From positions 32,001 to 96,000 of the forward strand of contig CBDDTI010000747.1 in assembly GCA_965233585.1 (NCBI GenBank): 64,000 nt of DNA, written 5' to 3'. The notes beneath the pieces are model-generated. The model searched no databases and had not been told where the DNA came from. It saw nothing but the letters and a program-made list of their open reading frames with translations. How positions within the stretch are numbered: position 1 is the stretch's first letter; each line of letters starts with the position of its first letter. Below are positions 37,011-45,517 of this stretch, one piece after another. A program made the translations under genes and the position numbers. The stretch is from a bacterium. Lineage in GTDB: Bacteria; SAR324; NAC60-12.

Positions 37011-38066
37011 TCAAGTAGTAACTTCATCTCCATCTTTAAAAAAGAGATAATTTGATGTCTTCATCCGAATCTTTTCAGAAGGTTTCCATTCCTGAATAGA
37101 AGGCAAACTCACATTCACCTGATGTTTTGAAGCAAGTGAAATTTGTAAAATCTGATGTTCCCCTGCAAAAATAATCTTTTGAATCGTGCCATCTGCCCGG
37201 CTTTCATCTTTGACTTTATCAAGCTGCCAATGTTCAGGGCGAATCATCACCAATGTTGATGATTCTGGTATTTGAGGAGATTCAGAAGTTTCTCTTAAAA
37301 GATTCCTCACACTTTCAAAAGGCAAAAAGTTAGATTCCCCAATAAACGATGCCACCCAAGCATTGCAAGGGGTGTGATAAATGGAAGCAGGGCTTCCTTC
37401 TTGAATGAGCCTGCCACGTTGAAGCAGTAGGATACGTTCAGCAAAGGCAAAAGAATCATGTTGGTCGTGCGTGACAAAAATGGCACTGGTTTTTTCATTT
37501 TGTAAAATGTCTCTGACTTCATGTCGCAGCTGGACTCTTAATTTTTGGTCAAGATTGCTGAAAGGTTCATCTAGCAAAATCATGCGAGGTGATGGAGCAA
37601 GTGAACGTGCCAGAGCCACCCTTTGTTGTTCTCCCCCTGAAAGCTCATGGGGCATTTTTTTGCTGGCATGAGGCAAACCAATCAACTCCAACATCTGCGT
37701 AATACGTTTTCGTTTATCAGAGGATTGGCCATGTAATCCATAGCCTATGTTGTCAGAAACGTTCATGTGAGGGAACAGTGCAAGGTCTTGAAAGACAATC
37801 CCTATTTTCCTTTTTTCGGGTGCGATTGTCGTGCTTTTTGAAGAAGCACATGTTCCGTCAAGCGCAATTTTTCCGTAGTCCACATTTAAAAAACCACTAA
37901 TTAAATGTAATAAAGTGGTTTTGCCACAACCTGACGAACCTAAGACCGATAGCAACTCTCCACGCCTCATCTCAAAGCTGACATGATCCACAACATTGAT
38001 GCCATTGTATGTTTTACAAACTTCATGACATTTTAAAAGTGGCTGATTTTGTGATGGTGTGTTCAT
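37011..38066 (-). CDS. fbpC: Fe3+ ABC transporter ATP-binding protein
   Basis: GSSGCGKTT, VFQDLALFPHM, LSGGEQQR, LDEPFSNLD; operon context. Confidence 0.85.
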   Translation of the reverse strand: MNTPSQNQPLLKCHEVCKTYNGINVVDHVSFEMRRGELLSVLGSSGCGKTTLLHLISGFLNVDYGKIALDGTCASSKSTTIAPEKRKIGIVFQDLALFPHMNVSDNIGYGLHGQSSDKRKRITQMLELIGLPHASKKMPHELSGGEQQRVALARSLAPSPRMILLDEPFSNLDQKLRVQLRHEVRDILQNEKTSAIFVTHDQHDSFAFAERILLLQRGRLIQEGSPASIYHTPCNAWVASFIGESNFLPFESVRNLLRETSESPQIPESSTLVMIRPEHWQLDKVKDESRADGTIQKIIFAGEHQILQISLASKHQVNVSLPSIQEWKPSEKIRMKTSNYLFFKDGDEVTT

Positions 38067-38078
38067 GCAATGTTTGAC

Positions 38079-39749
38079 CTAAGGCACTTGTCTTTTTGCA
38101 TCAATGGAATAAATCATAATAACAGGAATCATGCCACAAATAACGATTGCTAATGCCCCAAGAGCAGATTCTTCCAACAATCCATCACCTGCGTATTGAT
38201 AAACATAAGTGGCTAACGTATTGAAATTATAGGGTTTGAGAACCATTGTTGTTGACAATTCTTTCATGGTATCCACAAAAATTAAGATTCCTGCAGCAAA
38301 AATACTGTTTCGGATTAAGGGCAAATGAACACGCCATAACGTCTGACGTGCGTTCACCCCTAAAATTTGTGAGGCTTTGTCAAGAGAAGGCTTCACACGC
38401 ATTAAACCAGATTCCACTCCCCCAATTCCCAACGCCATGAATCGGATACAGTAGGCATAAACCAAACCGCCTACACTTCCAGTGATAAGCAACCCCAAAG
38501 GCAAATCAAACAGCTTTCTTGAAAGACCATCAACGAAATTGTCCAACCCTGCCATAGGAATTAAAACCCCCACCGCTAAAGCTGTACCGGGCAGTGCATA
38601 GCCCATCATTGAAAATTGACTGGCTAATGCAAGATTCTTAGATTTTGTCACTCTCACCCCATAGACTAAAAACAAGGCAAAAGTCAATGTTGCCAATGCA
38701 GTTAAGCTAGAGACTGAAAAGGAATTCCACGCAAACTCAAAAAATTCAGATGTCCAGTTAGAATCAAAGTATTGAACCGAATAGCTGAACAAAATACCAA
38801 AAGGCAAGAGAAAACCCAACGTGATAATCGTCAAACAAAATGCGAATGCAAGCCACCCTTTCCAACCAGAAAGTTTAATAGAAATTTCTGCAGGTCTGGA
38901 ATGTGCTGAAAGCTCGTGGTAGGACTTTTTAGCACGACTTCTTTTCTCTAAATAAATTAAAATTGCAACGAACGAAAACATGACAAGAGCAATTTGTGCT
39001 GCCCCGGAGGGAGAATTCATTTCAAACCAAACTTCATAAACTCCTGTGGCTAGAGTATGCACAGCAAAAAAAGAAGCTACTCCAAAATCATTGAGTGTTT
39101 CCATAATGACGATGATGAGACCAATCACGATAGAAACACGAGCCAGAGGTAGAGATAGCCTGAAAAATGTTTGCCAACTGGAATAACCCAAGATGCGAGA
39201 GGCATGCCATAAAGATTGGGATTGGTCAAGAAATGCAGAACGAGCCATCATGTAGACGTAAGGATAGAGAGTCAAAGACATGCAAACGATCGCCCCACCA
39301 AGTGAGCGAATATCAGGAAACCAGTAATCTCTAGCACTTTCCCAGCCAAATAAAAATCGTAAAAAAATTTGAACATTGCCTGCGTATTCTAGTTGGTCTG
39401 TTGCAACGTAGGCAAAAATGTAGGCAGGCATTGCCATTGGCAGTAACAATGCCCATTGAAAGAGATTTCTACAAGGGAAACGGCAAAGTGCCACAAGCCA
39501 TGCGGCAGGAACTCCTAGCAAGATGACCCCTATTGATGTTCCAAGCATCAATAGAAAACTGCGTTTGATCAATCCAAAAAGAATTGTCTCGCTGAGATGC
39601 TTCCAGATTTCTGTCTCTGAGGAAAAAGAAAGGAGAATGACGGAAAAGATAGGCAGGAGGATCAGTGCAACAATCCCCCAACCCAATCCAATCCAGCCAT
39701 TCCAAATAGAACGAGTAGCATGATTCTTCAAAAGAATGCCACGTTCCAT
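38079..39749 (-). CDS. fbpB: Fe3+ ABC transporter permease
   Basis: LLPMAMPAY, YPYVY..AR, METLNDFG, MKEL..T..L.P.NF.TLA. Confidence 0.88.
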   Translation of the reverse strand: MERGILLKNHATRSIWNGWIGLGWGIVALILLPIFSVILLSFSSETEIWKHLSETILFGLIKRSFLLMLGTSIGVILLGVPAAWLVALCRFPCRNLFQWALLLPMAMPAYIFAYVATDQLEYAGNVQIFLRFLFGWESARDYWFPDIRSLGGAIVCMSLTLYPYVYMMARSAFLDQSQSLWHASRILGYSSWQTFFRLSLPLARVSIVIGLIIVIMETLNDFGVASFFAVHTLATGVYEVWFEMNSPSGAAQIALVMFSFVAILIYLEKRSRAKKSYHELSAHSRPAEISIKLSGWKGWLAFAFCLTIITLGFLLPFGILFSYSVQYFDSNWTSEFFEFAWNSFSVSSLTALATLTFALFLVYGVRVTKSKNLALASQFSMMGYALPGTALAVGVLIPMAGLDNFVDGLSRKLFDLPLGLLITGSVGGLVYAYCIRFMALGIGGVESGLMRVKPSLDKASQILGVNARQTLWRVHLPLIRNSIFAAGILIFVDTMKELSTTMVLKPYNFNTLATYVYQYAGDGLLEESALGALAIVICGMIPVIMIYSIDAKRQVP

Positions 39750-39761
39750 GTTTGGAGGGAT

Positions 39762-40796
39762 TTAGTCAAGTTCGTTAAAATTAACTTCATTGACCAGCTC
39801 TATTGCTCTCTGACGGTTGTCAGCAATTTTTTGCAACGGAAGGTCATCAGCTTTGAATGTTCCCCATGATTTGACAAGAGAAGACCACTCAACACCGGGC
39901 TTGACAGGGTATTCATGGTTCACTTCTGCATAGATCTGCTGAGCTTCTTCTGAAATCAAAAACTCAATCAATTCAACAGCTCCCTTTTTGTTTGGTGAAT
40001 GTTTTGCGATTGCCGCACCGCTGACGTTCATGTGAGCCCCTTCAAAGTCTTGATTTGGGAAAATGATTTTAGCAGATTGTGCCCACCTGTTTTGAATGGC
40101 ATCCTTACCTGATGCTTCAAGCATTTTACCCATGTAATAAGTATTTCCAAGAGAAAGGTCGCATTGTCCTTCATAAATGGCTTTCACTTGGGCGCGGTCG
40201 TTCCCTTGAGGTTTACGAGCGAGTTGCCCCTTGAGCTGACGAAGGTAGTTTTTTGTGTAGCCTTCACCACGTTTGGCAATGAATGAAGCCCATAATGCAA
40301 GATTATAAGCATTTTTGCCATCACGGATACAAATCTTCCCTTTCCATTTGGGGTCTAGCAAATCATCGTATGTTTGAACCTCTCCATCTTTGACTCGGTC
40401 TTTGGAAGCATAAATGACACGAGAACGGGAAGTTTGAGCAACCCACAATCTGTTGGGGTGACGATATTCTGCAGGAACTAGTTTATTGATTTTAGTAGAA
40501 TTGATTCTTTGTACAAGACGAGATTCTACTAACGTGTTAAGACGCCCAATATCTACCGTTAATACCACATCAGCAGGAGAGTTGACACCTTCTTGCTTGA
40601 TTCTTTGGATATGCGTTTTTTTATCGTACAAGACATTCACCTTATACCCGCTTTTTTCCTCAAATTTTTCCAGCAAAGGCTTGATAAGAAATTCTTGTCT
40701 GTATGAATAGACTGTGACCTCATCTTCCCCTGCCATGAGAGGACTTGCAAAAACCATCACTGAAGCGATGGCACCAATCGTTTTTTTGACTTTCAT
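39762..40796 (-). CDS. fbpA: Fe3+ ABC transporter substrate-binding protein (FutA/FbpA family)
   Basis: VYSYRQ, EGVNSPADV, YN, PQGNDRAQ, NTYY iron-ligand motif, HMNVSG. Confidence 0.9.
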   Translation of the reverse strand: MKVKKTIGAIASVMVFASPLMAGEDEVTVYSYRQEFLIKPLLEKFEEKSGYKVNVLYDKKTHIQRIKQEGVNSPADVVLTVDIGRLNTLVESRLVQRINSTKINKLVPAEYRHPNRLWVAQTSRSRVIYASKDRVKDGEVQTYDDLLDPKWKGKICIRDGKNAYNLALWASFIAKRGEGYTKNYLRQLKGQLARKPQGNDRAQVKAIYEGQCDLSLGNTYYMGKMLEASGKDAIQNRWAQSAKIIFPNQDFEGAHMNVSGAAIAKHSPNKKGAVELIEFLISEEAQQIYAEVNHEYPVKPGVEWSSLVKSWGTFKADDLPLQKIADNRQRAIELVNEVNFNELD

Positions 40797-40865
40797 TTTT
40801 TCTCCTTAATAATCAATCAAAAGTTAAATATCAGAACAAAGCACCATTGCCTTGTCCAACCCGGT

Positions 40866-40894
40866 ATTCTACAATCCTAATTTTAGAAAATCAA
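40866..40894 (-). promoter_or_regulatory. Putative promoter of the fbpABC operon
   Basis: Minus strand TTGATT-17 bp-TAGAAT. Confidence 0.5.
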
Positions 40895-40935
40895 CATAAA
40901 GAATTATTTTTAATTTGCATATAAAAATTGATCAT

Positions 40936-41640
40936 TTAAATAAAACCCTCTAAAACCAAATGGTTTGTGCAAGTGACTAAAATTTGTAGAGATTGTTTTC
41001 TCTCTTGAGCAGACGAGTCTTGTGGAAGGTGTAGGCACAGCGCATAATCTGTTTTACCCCAGTTGCTTAAAACAGGTGCTGACATCGTGTAATCTGAAGC
41101 AGAAAACATACAAAAATAACCTTGCTTATGCGCCTCTTTGACTTCTGACTGAAACTGCAAAAATTCCACTTCATGGCTGTCAAAACATAAATAGTCCTGC
41201 AAAGGTATAAATTTAGAGGCAAAGATTCTACCTACGATAGTTTGAGTGATAGAAAAAGCAACGCCTAAAGGCAAGGCATGAACAGAGTGCTTTGATTCAT
41301 AAATGGTCATGCAAGAAGTCCCTATCAGCTGAACAAGTGAGCAAGTTTGTAAGGTTTCTTTGGCGAGGTCGTTGCAGGCTGACTGAAGCTGACCTAGATA
41401 GCGATGTCTGGAATTGTACAAACTACCACAGGCAAAAAACTTGGGAGAAATAAAGTATTTACCCTTGCATTTAGTTAAAAAATGAAGACCGACCAACTTC
41501 GTTAGTAAACTATGAGTCGTTGACAGTGGAAGACCTGCTTGAAGACTAACCTCTTTGGCATTCATGGGCTGTCTGAAGGAAGCCATGGCATCAAATACTT
41601 TTGACGTATTTTCCAAACTATCTCCACGTTTTAATCCCAT
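40936..41640 (-). CDS. IclR-family transcriptional regulator (divergent effector domain)
   Basis: SLE....VF...HTH GLPLSTTHSLL..L; LA.ET.QT.SL; GR.F; GY; SAPV. Confidence 0.7.
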   Translation of the reverse strand: MGLKRGDSLENTSKVFDAMASFRQPMNAKEVSLQAGLPLSTTHSLLTKLVGLHFLTKCKGKYFISPKFFACGSLYNSRHRYLGQLQSACNDLAKETLQTCSLVQLIGTSCMTIYESKHSVHALPLGVAFSITQTIVGRIFASKFIPLQDYLCFDSHEVEFLQFQSEVKEAHKQGYFCMFSASDYTMSAPVLSNWGKTDYALCLHLPQDSSAQERKQSLQILVTCTNHLVLEGFI

Positions 41641-41750
41641 TCTAGCCTTTCTTTGAGAACTTGTTTGAAAATGGGAATCCTGAAAAGATTGACCTCTTCA
41701 CTTAAAAAACCTTTCCAAGACCCTCTTGACCACACGCAACTTGAATGAGT

Positions 41751-42374
41751 TTATTTCTTTGTAGAGATAGGAGAAGGCGGAAGGATATTTTCTGCAAAGG
41801 CAGGATGCTTTAAACAAAACTCTTCAAATTGCTTCAGTTTTGGCAGAGGGAATGTTTGCATCACTTCTGGAATCGCAACATTGGTAAATTGGAATGCGAC
41901 AAAAACTGCAATATCTGCATGACTCGGGCTTGTCCCATTGACCCAATTGACTTCGGATTTAAAAAATTCTTCAAGAAATTCAAACCCGTTACAAATCTGT
42001 TTCGTTGTGTATTCAATGATTTTAGGAGAACGAAATGGCTCATCACGTCTTGTCAGCTCATAGAATAGACTGACAGCTTTTTCAATGAGAGACACACCAA
42101 TACCCTGTTTTTGCAAAGAGGACAACGCTGTTGGAAACAGAGATGGTGAGAAAGTACGGTTAATCCATTCAACGATAATGGAGGAATCATACAATGACTC
42201 ACCATCTACCTTTAGGACAGGAAGCCTTGCTTGTGGGTGCAACTGTTGTAAACGTTCCTTGCCCCCAGCTGTTCCTAATACTGTTTGTTGATAAGGAACT
42301 TCTAACAGGTCAAATGCTAAAGTCAGCCTCCTTGAAAATGGAGAAAAATTTGAACCAAAAATTTGTAACTGCAT
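41751..42374 (-). CDS. Glutathione S-transferase family protein
   Basis: SPFSRR, P..RLPVL..DGE.LYDSS.I.E, ADIA. Confidence 0.88.
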   Translation of the reverse strand: MQLQIFGSNFSPFSRRLTLAFDLLEVPYQQTVLGTAGGKERLQQLHPQARLPVLKVDGESLYDSSIIVEWINRTFSPSLFPTALSSLQKQGIGVSLIEKAVSLFYELTRRDEPFRSPKIIEYTTKQICNGFEFLEEFFKSEVNWVNGTSPSHADIAVFVAFQFTNVAIPEVMQTFPLPKLKQFEEFCLKHPAFAENILPPSPISTKK

Positions 42375-42503
42375 CTCAGACTCCAGAATAAATTTAGAAT
42401 TGTATCAACAAACTCCAACAAATTCTAATTTAAAATTCTTGATTTTGTTGCTCTGCCAAGATTAATATCTTCTGTTTTAATTTAAACTGATGAAAGGTGT
42501 AGT

Positions 42504-42845
42504 ATGCGAACGAGAATTGTCAATCAGGATATGGGTTGGATTCAGCACACTGGGGACATTGATGGAGAGACATCTCCAGAGTTGATTCAACACGTTTCAG
42601 ACTTATTAGAGCAAAACGTGGCGTGTATCGTGTTAGATTTGACAACCACAGATTTTATTTCTAGCTCTGGTATTGGAATCATAGCTGTTGCAAGTAAAGA
42701 TGCCAAAAGAAGTGATACAAATTTTGTAATGGTCTGTGCTGAACCAAGATTGTTGTCTCTTTTTGAAATCACAAGTCTCAGTAAAATCATACCTGTTTTT
42801 GAATCGTTTGAAGATGCCCAAACAAGTTTTTCAAACCAAGCTTGA
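42504..42845 (+). CDS. STAS domain anti-sigma factor antagonist
   Basis: GDID..TSP.L, IVLDL..TDFISSSGIG, LFEITSL..IIP.F.S.EDA. Confidence 0.88.
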   Translation: MRTRIVNQDMGWIQHTGDIDGETSPELIQHVSDLLEQNVACIVLDLTTTDFISSSGIGIIAVASKDAKRSDTNFVMVCAEPRLLSLFEITSLSKIIPVFESFEDAQTSFSNQA

Positions 42846-43558
42846 ATCTGCTGACATTTTAATATTAAGGCAAGTGGACTACGGGGAAAGCGACAAAATC
42901 ATCAGCTTTTTAACTCAAGACAAAGGCAAAAAATCTGGTATTTTGCACGGTATAAAGAAAAACAAATCCGTTCACTTTGGTAAAGCAGAACCTCTGACAC
43001 AAGGTCAAATCTTTTATAAAGAACGATCTTCGTCTGACCTTGTGCAAATTAGAAAATTTGAAGTCAATACCAGTTTTTATAGCTTATACTCCAAATATCA
43101 GACGATTGTCTTTGCCTTGTATTGTGCAGAACTTGTGGAGTGCTGTGAGTTTCCTGAACATGAGTCTAGCCAATTTTTTTTTACTTTTACAGCAAACTCT
43201 CAAACAATTTGCGATAAATCCTTCTCCGCAAACTGTCAAAACCATATTTGAGTTAAATCTACTAAACCTTTTAGGCATTGCTCCTAACTTTTCTAGTTGT
43301 TCATGTGGTCAGGGTCTAGGTCAGGTGAAAATTTTTCAGTTAGATTGTGCCTCTGGAACTTTGCGTTGTCCCAAGTGTTTAGCGAATCATCAGTCAGTTG
43401 TTGCGATCAATTCTGACACACTCGTTGCTTTGTCAAATCTTTTGTCTTTGCCTCTCTCGCAAAAAGCGTGCTTCCAATGGGACACAACCTTTGGTGTTTA
43501 TTTTCAATTTCATTACAGACGCTTACCAAAATCTCATAAACTGCTTTTCCACTCATAA
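42814..43558 (+). pseudogene. recO: DNA repair protein RecO, split by a +1 frameshift in a T9 run (43174-43182)
   Basis: N-terminal ILRQVDYGESDKIISFLT..GK in one frame; FELNLL..LG.AP...CSC...C..C Zn region in another; removing one T restores HESSQFFLLLQQTL. Confidence 0.85.
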
Positions 43559-43712
43559 TGTGTCCTACAATGCATTCTATCCAAGCAAACCTGTTCTCAA
43601 CAGAATAAATTTAGGGATTAAGTGCAGATTTGGTCTTGTTGCTGTAATCTTGTGCTTTGCTGAAGTTGAGAAGAATTTGAAAATGCAGGTTGAGGGCATG
43701 GCATGATTTTAC

Positions 43713-43741
43713 TTTACTTTTTGGCTCAAAACTCATAGACT
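43713..43741 (+). promoter_or_regulatory. Putative tRNA promoter
   Basis: TTTACT-17 bp-TAGACT, 18 bp upstream of the tRNA. Confidence 0.45.
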
Positions 43742-43759
43742 AGCCAGTCTTGCTTTTTA

Positions 43760-43833
43760 GCACCCGTAGCTCAACTGGATAGAGCATCTGATTGCGGTTC
43801 AGAAGGTTTCAGGTTCAAACCCTGACGGGTGCG
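43760..43833 (+). tRNA. tRNA-Arg, anticodon GCG (no encoded CCA)
   Basis: Cloverleaf: GCACCCG/CGGGTGC acceptor, GCTC/GAGC D-stem, TCTGA-TTGCGGT-TCAGA anticodon arm, TCAGG-TTCAAAC-CCTGA T-arm, discriminator G. Confidence 0.95.
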
Positions 43834-44795
43834 TTCTTCTTTTGGTTTGTTCTTTCCAGCAAAATCACAATCACTGCCCCACTCATCATCACTGCCAACG
43901 AAACCAGCAAACCAGAATTGATGTCAGGAAAAACATTTTGATCCCTCAACACATATTCCTTATCCCTAATCCATCTTGAGTCTATCACTTCTTTCCAAGG
44001 CCAAACCTTACGCAAAGCACCAATCACTGCTCCTGTTAAAAATGCTAAAATCCATGCCTCAAAAGAATTGAGTGCGAGTTTGAGCAGTCTTGCAAAACTT
44101 AACAAACCAATCAATGCACCTGATGCGAAGACTGCCACGATGATAAAATTTTCTAGTGCAAATGGATTTTTAATGGCTCCAATAATCAATTCATATTTGC
44201 CTAAAATTAACAGCAGAAACGAACCGCTAATACCGGGCAGAATCATTGCGCAGATTGCAATCAAACCACACAAAAAAATAAACCAATAAGATTCAGAGGT
44301 TTGTCTGGGGATAATGCCTGTGAGCCAATAAGCAAAAGCCACACCTGCTGTGAAAAACAGAACATTTTGAACGCTCACTTTCCCTATCTGATTCATCAAA
44401 AATGGGACAGAGCCAAGAATCACTCCAAAGAAAAATGACCATGTTTGTTCAGGATATTGGTCTAAAAAATAGTGAACCACACGGGCTGTACTTAAAACAG
44501 CTAAAACAATACCCAGAAATAATGTGAGTAAAAAACGGAGGTGAACGCAGGCAAGAAAATTCTTGAATTGCAATGCTAGTAAGAATTTAACCGCACGAAC
44601 GTCAAAAGAAGAAAGGGCATTGAGAAGTTGTTGATAAATTCCCGTAATAAATGCAAGCGTCCCCCCTGATACACCGGGAATCAGGTCTGCCACACCCATT
44701 GCAAACCCTTTACAGACTAAAACGAAAGACTCTTTCTTTGTTGTTGGACCTTCCGTTTGAAGCCATGCTTCACGCCAATTCAGATGACCTTTCAT
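43815..44795 (-). CDS. DUF368 family membrane protein (undecaprenyl phosphate translocase family)
   Basis: KGFAMGVADLIPGVSGGTLAFITGIY and AICAMILPGISGSFLLLILGKY internal repeats; KVWPW. Confidence 0.92.
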   Translation of the reverse strand: MKGHLNWREAWLQTEGPTTKKESFVLVCKGFAMGVADLIPGVSGGTLAFITGIYQQLLNALSSFDVRAVKFLLALQFKNFLACVHLRFLLTLFLGIVLAVLSTARVVHYFLDQYPEQTWSFFFGVILGSVPFLMNQIGKVSVQNVLFFTAGVAFAYWLTGIIPRQTSESYWFIFLCGLIAICAMILPGISGSFLLLILGKYELIIGAIKNPFALENFIIVAVFASGALIGLLSFARLLKLALNSFEAWILAFLTGAVIGALRKVWPWKEVIDSRWIRDKEYVLRDQNVFPDINSGLLVSLAVMMSGAVIVILLERTNQKKNAPVRV

Positions 44796-44801
44796 TGATT
44801 T

Positions 44802-45308
44802 TTACATGACAGATTGACTTTCACTTTCATTGACAAAAAAATAATTCTCGTAAATTTCTGTGATTTCTGTCTGAAATGCTTCCTCGTGCTTGGGATTTGA
44901 AAGTAATTCTGCCAGTGCATCGCAATAGACCCTGACTTTTAGAGAAGACTCTGCATTGGTGCGGATAAATTGATGAGCAAAAACTTGAAGTTCCCAAAGA
45001 AAGTTTTGTAAATTCAAGCCAAGCAACAAACTATCCTGTGCACGTTCGCTGATGATGTAGGAGGCAATATAGTCCACTAATACAAAAAATGACTCTCCCA
45101 AAACATTCAAAGATTGGATTTCATCATCTTTTAGATGGGTACTCAAATTATCCAAAAAGTAACGATATTCAAAGTCTTGATTTTCTGGGTAGATTTCAAA
45201 TAATGCTGAATCCATTTTTCTATTTTTGATAAGGTTGATTCTTCGTTGGATTTGGCTCATATCTATTTTGTGAAGATAACTACAAACCGTCGTAGGTGAG
45301 TCATGCAA
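44802..45308 (-). CDS. Hypothetical helical protein
   Basis: 168-aa ORF filling the gap, 6 bp from the DUF368 gene; no recognised motif. Confidence 0.6.
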   Translation of the reverse strand: MHDSPTTVCSYLHKIDMSQIQRRINLIKNRKMDSALFEIYPENQDFEYRYFLDNLSTHLKDDEIQSLNVLGESFFVLVDYIASYIISERAQDSLLLGLNLQNFLWELQVFAHQFIRTNAESSLKVRVYCDALAELLSNPKHEEAFQTEITEIYENYFFVNESESQSVM

Positions 45309-45517
45309 TGACTATGCAATCAACATGAATTTGATCAAATTTATTTAAGTTTGTATGCCTATATCTGTTGAACTTTTGGCATACCATTCAAAATAACTCC
45401 TGACCATTCTGTCAAATTACAAAAGTTTTTTAAACAAAAATCTTGCGAGTCTTTGAGGGATTGAATAGAATGAGAACTTTTTGTTTTATTTAAAAAATTT
45501 TTGATGGAGCTAGATTT

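Noticed and set aside
40797..40935. Fur box upstream of the Fe3+ ABC operon
   Set aside because: The region is AT-rich but has no convincing GATAATGATAATCATTATC-like match
43398..43706. 102-aa ORF between recO and the tRNA
   Set aside because: Overlaps the recO 3' half in another frame; no ATG start, SD or motif
43760..43833. tRNA as attachment site of a genomic island
   Set aside because: No integrase nearby and no duplicated tRNA 3' end noticed in the window; flanking genes are housekeeping
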